DNA of 34,761 nucleotides from a bacterium (GTDB lineage Bacteria > Auribacterota > Auribacteria > Auribacterales > Auribacteraceae). Location: positions 1 through 34,761 of the forward strand of contig JAGGZS010000023.1 of NCBI GenBank assembly GCA_021161885.1. Reading direction: 5' to 3'. Made by a program: the position numbers and the translations under genes. Below the pieces are notes generated by a model, which was not told the DNA's origin, ran no database searches, and saw only the letters and a program-made list of their open reading frames with translations. Below, piece after piece: positions 32,483-34,761 of this stretch (position 1 is the stretch's first letter; the number at the start of each line of letters is the position of its first letter).

Positions 32483-32491
32483 AATAAGAGA

Positions 32492-32497
32492 CTCCTT
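32492..32497 (-). promoter_or_regulatory. Shine-Dalgarno sequence of the giant gene
   Basis: The plus-strand CTCCTT is AAGGAG on the coding strand, 9 nt upstream of the ATG. Confidence 0.6.
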
Positions 32498-32617
32498 ATA
32501 TTTTAAATTCTTTTTATATTTATTTATAAAGCTACAAAGCAGTCAAAACTTTAAAACCATGTTTTGGAAATAAAACAACAACTTTTTTTCAGAAAAAATT
32601 TATACAAAACAGCTCTG

Positions 32618-32653
32618 TTTGAAAATATGCCTTTCAAATGCAAAGCATATTTT
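32618..32653. promoter_or_regulatory. Overlapping inverted repeats in the divergent intergenic region (candidate operator)
   Basis: TTTGAAA (32618-32624) pairs with TTTCAAA (32632-38) across a 7-nt spacer. AAAATATGC (32622-32630) pairs with GCATATTTT (32645-32653) across a 14-nt spacer. Both lie between the giant gene and the lpxL-family gene. Confidence 0.3.
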
Positions 32654-32745
32654 TGCTTAAAAATTATTGAATATTACCCCAATTATATTGTACCATTTTT
32701 TAATCATTAATTCAATTATTTACATATATAGCAAAGTTCAATTAG

Positions 32746-33756
32746 ATGGAGAAAAACAAGTTGACCAATAAAAATATATTCGAAAATAAAAAATTAAAAT
32801 ATTTGAGAAGAAAAATCCGCTATTCATTTCTATATTTTTTAGCTGTTGGTGCCGGAAAAGCATCTATTTTATTACCTGAATCGTGGGTTTATGGGGTATG
32901 TGAATATATAGCGTGCTTTGTTTTTTATTTTTCAAAACGTGAACGAAAAAAGACTATTAAACATATTACAATGGCATATAAAAATAGTTTGTCAGACAAA
33001 CAGATAAAAGAAATCGCCAAGAACACTTTTATCAACTTAGGAAGAAACTTAGCGGAACTTATATTATGGGACACATTTACTGCGGAAAAAATAAAAAAAC
33101 GCGTTGAAATTTTAGGTTTAGAACATATAGAAAGAGCCCTTAAAAAAAACAGGGGTGCAATAATTCTTACATGTCACTGCGGTAATTTCGAATTAATCGC
33201 GGCAACTGTTGTTGCATATGGTTACAAGGGCACGGCTATCGCGCGGGCTTTTCATGACAGGCAAATTAATAAGTTATTAAATGATTTAAGGCGGTCTAAA
33301 GGATGCGATGTTATTGACAGATCTGAATCGCCGAGAAAAATATTTAATGTGCTGAAAAAAAATGAATTAATCGGAATGCTGGCAGATCAGGATATCCGTA
33401 AAATAAACGGGGTATTTGTGGATTTTTTCGGGATGCCTGCTTACACCCCGACAGCGCCTGTCCAATTAGCTCTTACGGCAAAATCCCCAATTTTGCCTGT
33501 TTTTATTATCAGGGACAAGAGCTGCAAATATAATCATCATATCATAATCAACCCGCCTTTAAACTTGATTGATGACAGAAAAAATCCGAAAGCTATAATA
33601 GAAAATACACAGAGATGGTCTAAAATTGTAGAAAACCATATCCGAAAATATCCGGACCAATGGGTTTGGATGCATAAAAGATGGAAAACAACACCTGAAA
33701 AACTAAAAAGGAAAAATAATGAAAAAAATGATCGCAGTAACTGCCGTAGGTCTTGA
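32746..33756 (+). CDS. Lipid A biosynthesis lauroyl/myristoyl acyltransferase family protein (LpxL/HtrB/MsbB family)
   Basis: 336 aa with an N-terminal membrane anchor. The H(x)4E active-site block is CHCGNFELIA. LADQD and the C-terminal YPDQWVWMHKRWK are characteristic of this family. No clear SD sequence is present, so the start is somewhat uncertain. Confidence 0.88.
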   Translation: MEKNKLTNKNIFENKKLKYLRRKIRYSFLYFLAVGAGKASILLPESWVYGVCEYIACFVFYFSKRERKKTIKHITMAYKNSLSDKQIKEIAKNTFINLGRNLAELILWDTFTAEKIKKRVEILGLEHIERALKKNRGAIILTCHCGNFELIAATVVAYGYKGTAIARAFHDRQINKLLNDLRRSKGCDVIDRSESPRKIFNVLKKNELIGMLADQDIRKINGVFVDFFGMPAYTPTAPVQLALTAKSPILPVFIIRDKSCKYNHHIIINPPLNLIDDRKNPKAIIENTQRWSKIVENHIRKYPDQWVWMHKRWKTTPEKLKRKNNEKNDRSNCRRS

Positions 33757-34270
33757 CAGACCGGGAATTGCAGCCGGTTTTACCGAAATATTTTTTAAAA
33801 ACGGATGCAATCTTGAAGAATCAAGCATGACTTTGCTCCATAGGGATTTCGCTATGATTATCTTAATCAGCATACCTGATGATTTATCCACAAGCATACT
33901 GAACAATAAACTTAAAAAAACCGCTGATAAATTTAATTTATCTTTTTCTTTACGGGAATTATCCGACGATGAAACAAGCAATGGCGAATACGATCCCGAA
34001 CCAAACTACAGTTTGTCAATATACGGAATCGACAAAGCCGGTATGGTATATGCCTTCACCAATCTTCTTGCGCAAAAAAATATAAATATTATTGATCTGG
34101 AAACACAAATAACGCATACTAAAAAACAACCGCTATACGGTATCGTTATGGATATATTGGTGCCGGACCGCGTTGAGATCGAATCTCTTACAAATGCGAT
34201 AAAAACAAAATCCCGAGAAATGTCAGTTGATTTTTCATTGACTCAAATTATACAGTGTGAAGAGATATAA
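33719..34270 (+). CDS. Tandem ACT-domain protein, GcvR-like (glycine cleavage system regulator family)
   Basis: 183 aa. IAVTAVGLDRPGIAAGFTEIFFKNGCNLEESSMTLLHRDFAMIILI matches the GcvR N-terminal ACT pattern, and a second ACT unit is YSLSIYGIDKAGMVYAFTNLLAQKNINIIDLETQI. The gene overlaps the upstream gene by 38 nt. Confidence 0.8.
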   Translation: MKKMIAVTAVGLDRPGIAAGFTEIFFKNGCNLEESSMTLLHRDFAMIILISIPDDLSTSILNNKLKKTADKFNLSFSLRELSDDETSNGEYDPEPNYSLSIYGIDKAGMVYAFTNLLAQKNINIIDLETQITHTKKQPLYGIVMDILVPDRVEIESLTNAIKTKSREMSVDFSLTQIIQCEEI

Positions 34271-34279
34271 GAGAAAAAA

Positions 34280-34576
34280 ATGCCCGCGCGAAAAATTTTA
34301 GTTTATCCGGATAAAAACCTAAAAAAAATATGCAAACCTGCGGGCCCTGTCTGCAATAACCTGAAAAACATAATTATTGATATGAAAGATACTTTTTTGG
34401 TATCGCCCGGTTGTGTAGGTTTGGCAGCGCCTCAAATAGGGATTAATCTAAGAATTATTTTAGTAGATGTTTCAAACTCCAAACGGGCGCAAAAGAAAAG
34501 TTCCGCTCACGGCTGTATGCTGTGCGTAAACCCTGTTATAATGGGGTTGTTGCAAAAGTATAGGGAAAATTTCTAA
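34280..34576 (+). pseudogene. def: Peptide deformylase, 3'-truncated (motif 1 only)
   Basis: The 98-aa ORF has the PDF N-terminus and motif 1 (GCVGLAAPQIG) and reaches ...LCVNPVI. It then diverges and stops (TAA 34574-34576) before the EGCLS and HExxH motifs. Neither motif is encoded in any frame of the remaining 185 nt. Confidence 0.7.
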
Positions 34577-34651
34577 ATTTCTGAAAAGTTGATTGATTTT
34601 TTGAAAATTATGTTTTTAGGGTATCTATTTTTGTTCTAAACTCGTTTTTAC

Positions 34652-34703
34652 GCAGAAATTTTCTGCAAATAGACAGACCTGTCCGTCGGGGGCTTACGCC
34701 CCC
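34652..34703. repeat. Cluster of three palindromes including a GC-rich hairpin
   Basis: GCAGAAA-T-TTTCTGC (34652-34666); GACAG-AC-CTGTC (34672-34683); GGGGGC-TTAC-GCCCCC (34688-34703). The last element is strikingly GC-rich for this window and no T-run follows it on either strand. Confidence 0.4.
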
Positions 34704-34761
34704 CCCAAACAAAGCGGCGGGGCGTCAAGACGAATCAACCTTTTTACATTAAACACTATTG

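Noticed and set aside
3380-32482. The giant ORF might be an assembly artefact of collapsed or concatenated repeats, or a conventional repeat adhesin, an NRPS/PKS, or an RHS/RTX toxin.
   Set aside because: The internal paralogues are diverged at the protein level (the best pair is about 45% identical) and I saw no long nucleotide repeats that could mislead an assembler. I found no GGxGxD nonapeptides, YD repeats, HHxxxDG condensation motifs, DxFFxxLGG[DH]S-type carrier motifs or ketosynthase signatures. Read mapping is still needed for proof.
33703-33981. Minus-strand 92-aa ORF overlapping the lpxL-family 3' end and the ACT gene.
   Set aside because: It is antisense to two well-supported genes and has no recognisable features.
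34681-34761. The GC-rich tract might be the 5' end of a tRNA, tmRNA or other structured RNA gene.
   Set aside because: I could not fold a cloverleaf or find tmRNA- or RNase P-like conserved 5' sequences. Only one 6-bp hairpin is evident and the window ends too soon. It is kept as an unexplained palindrome cluster instead.
1-34761. I looked for CRISPR arrays, rRNA and tRNA genes, and long nucleotide-level direct or tandem repeats.
   Set aside because: I saw no regularly spaced direct repeats, no rRNA-like conserved blocks and no cloverleaf candidates. The only tandem repeat noted is the 8-mer doublet at 34567-34582.

Overview
AT-rich bacterial window (G+C judged by eye, not computed). One minus-strand ORF of 29,103 nt (3380-32482; 9,700 aa) fills about 84% of it. 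This is not a tandem-repeat adhesin and not an NRPS/PKS. Along its length I can read:
- a Sec-type N-terminus
- a possible ChaN/Tiki-like domain
- three paralogous 'WW + kinase-like' modules
- a complete processive GT2 glycosyltransferase motif set (DDxS, DxD, TDD, QxxRW) followed by about five membrane helices
- a degenerate Hanks-type Ser/Thr kinase domain
- HEAT repeats
- a tandemly duplicated 179-aa module
- at least seven copies of a short HE/HExxH zincin-like module.
The paralogous modules are arranged as nested brackets around the catalytic cores.

Left of the giant gene lie an IS110-family transposase remnant, an IS3-family element whose OrfB carries an in-frame stop, and an atypical-SDR gene convergent with the giant gene. 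Right of it, transcribed divergently, is a compact lpxL-family acyltransferase / GcvR-like ACT protein / peptide deformylase cluster. The def gene is cut off before its catalytic motifs and is followed by three palindromes, one of them GC-rich. I recognised no rRNA, tRNA or CRISPR array. The lipid A acyltransferase implies a diderm. Giant genes of this style have been reported from uncultivated lineages such as Omnitrophota (from memory), but the taxon cannot be assigned from this window. All domain calls are manual motif reading and need HMM or structure confirmation.
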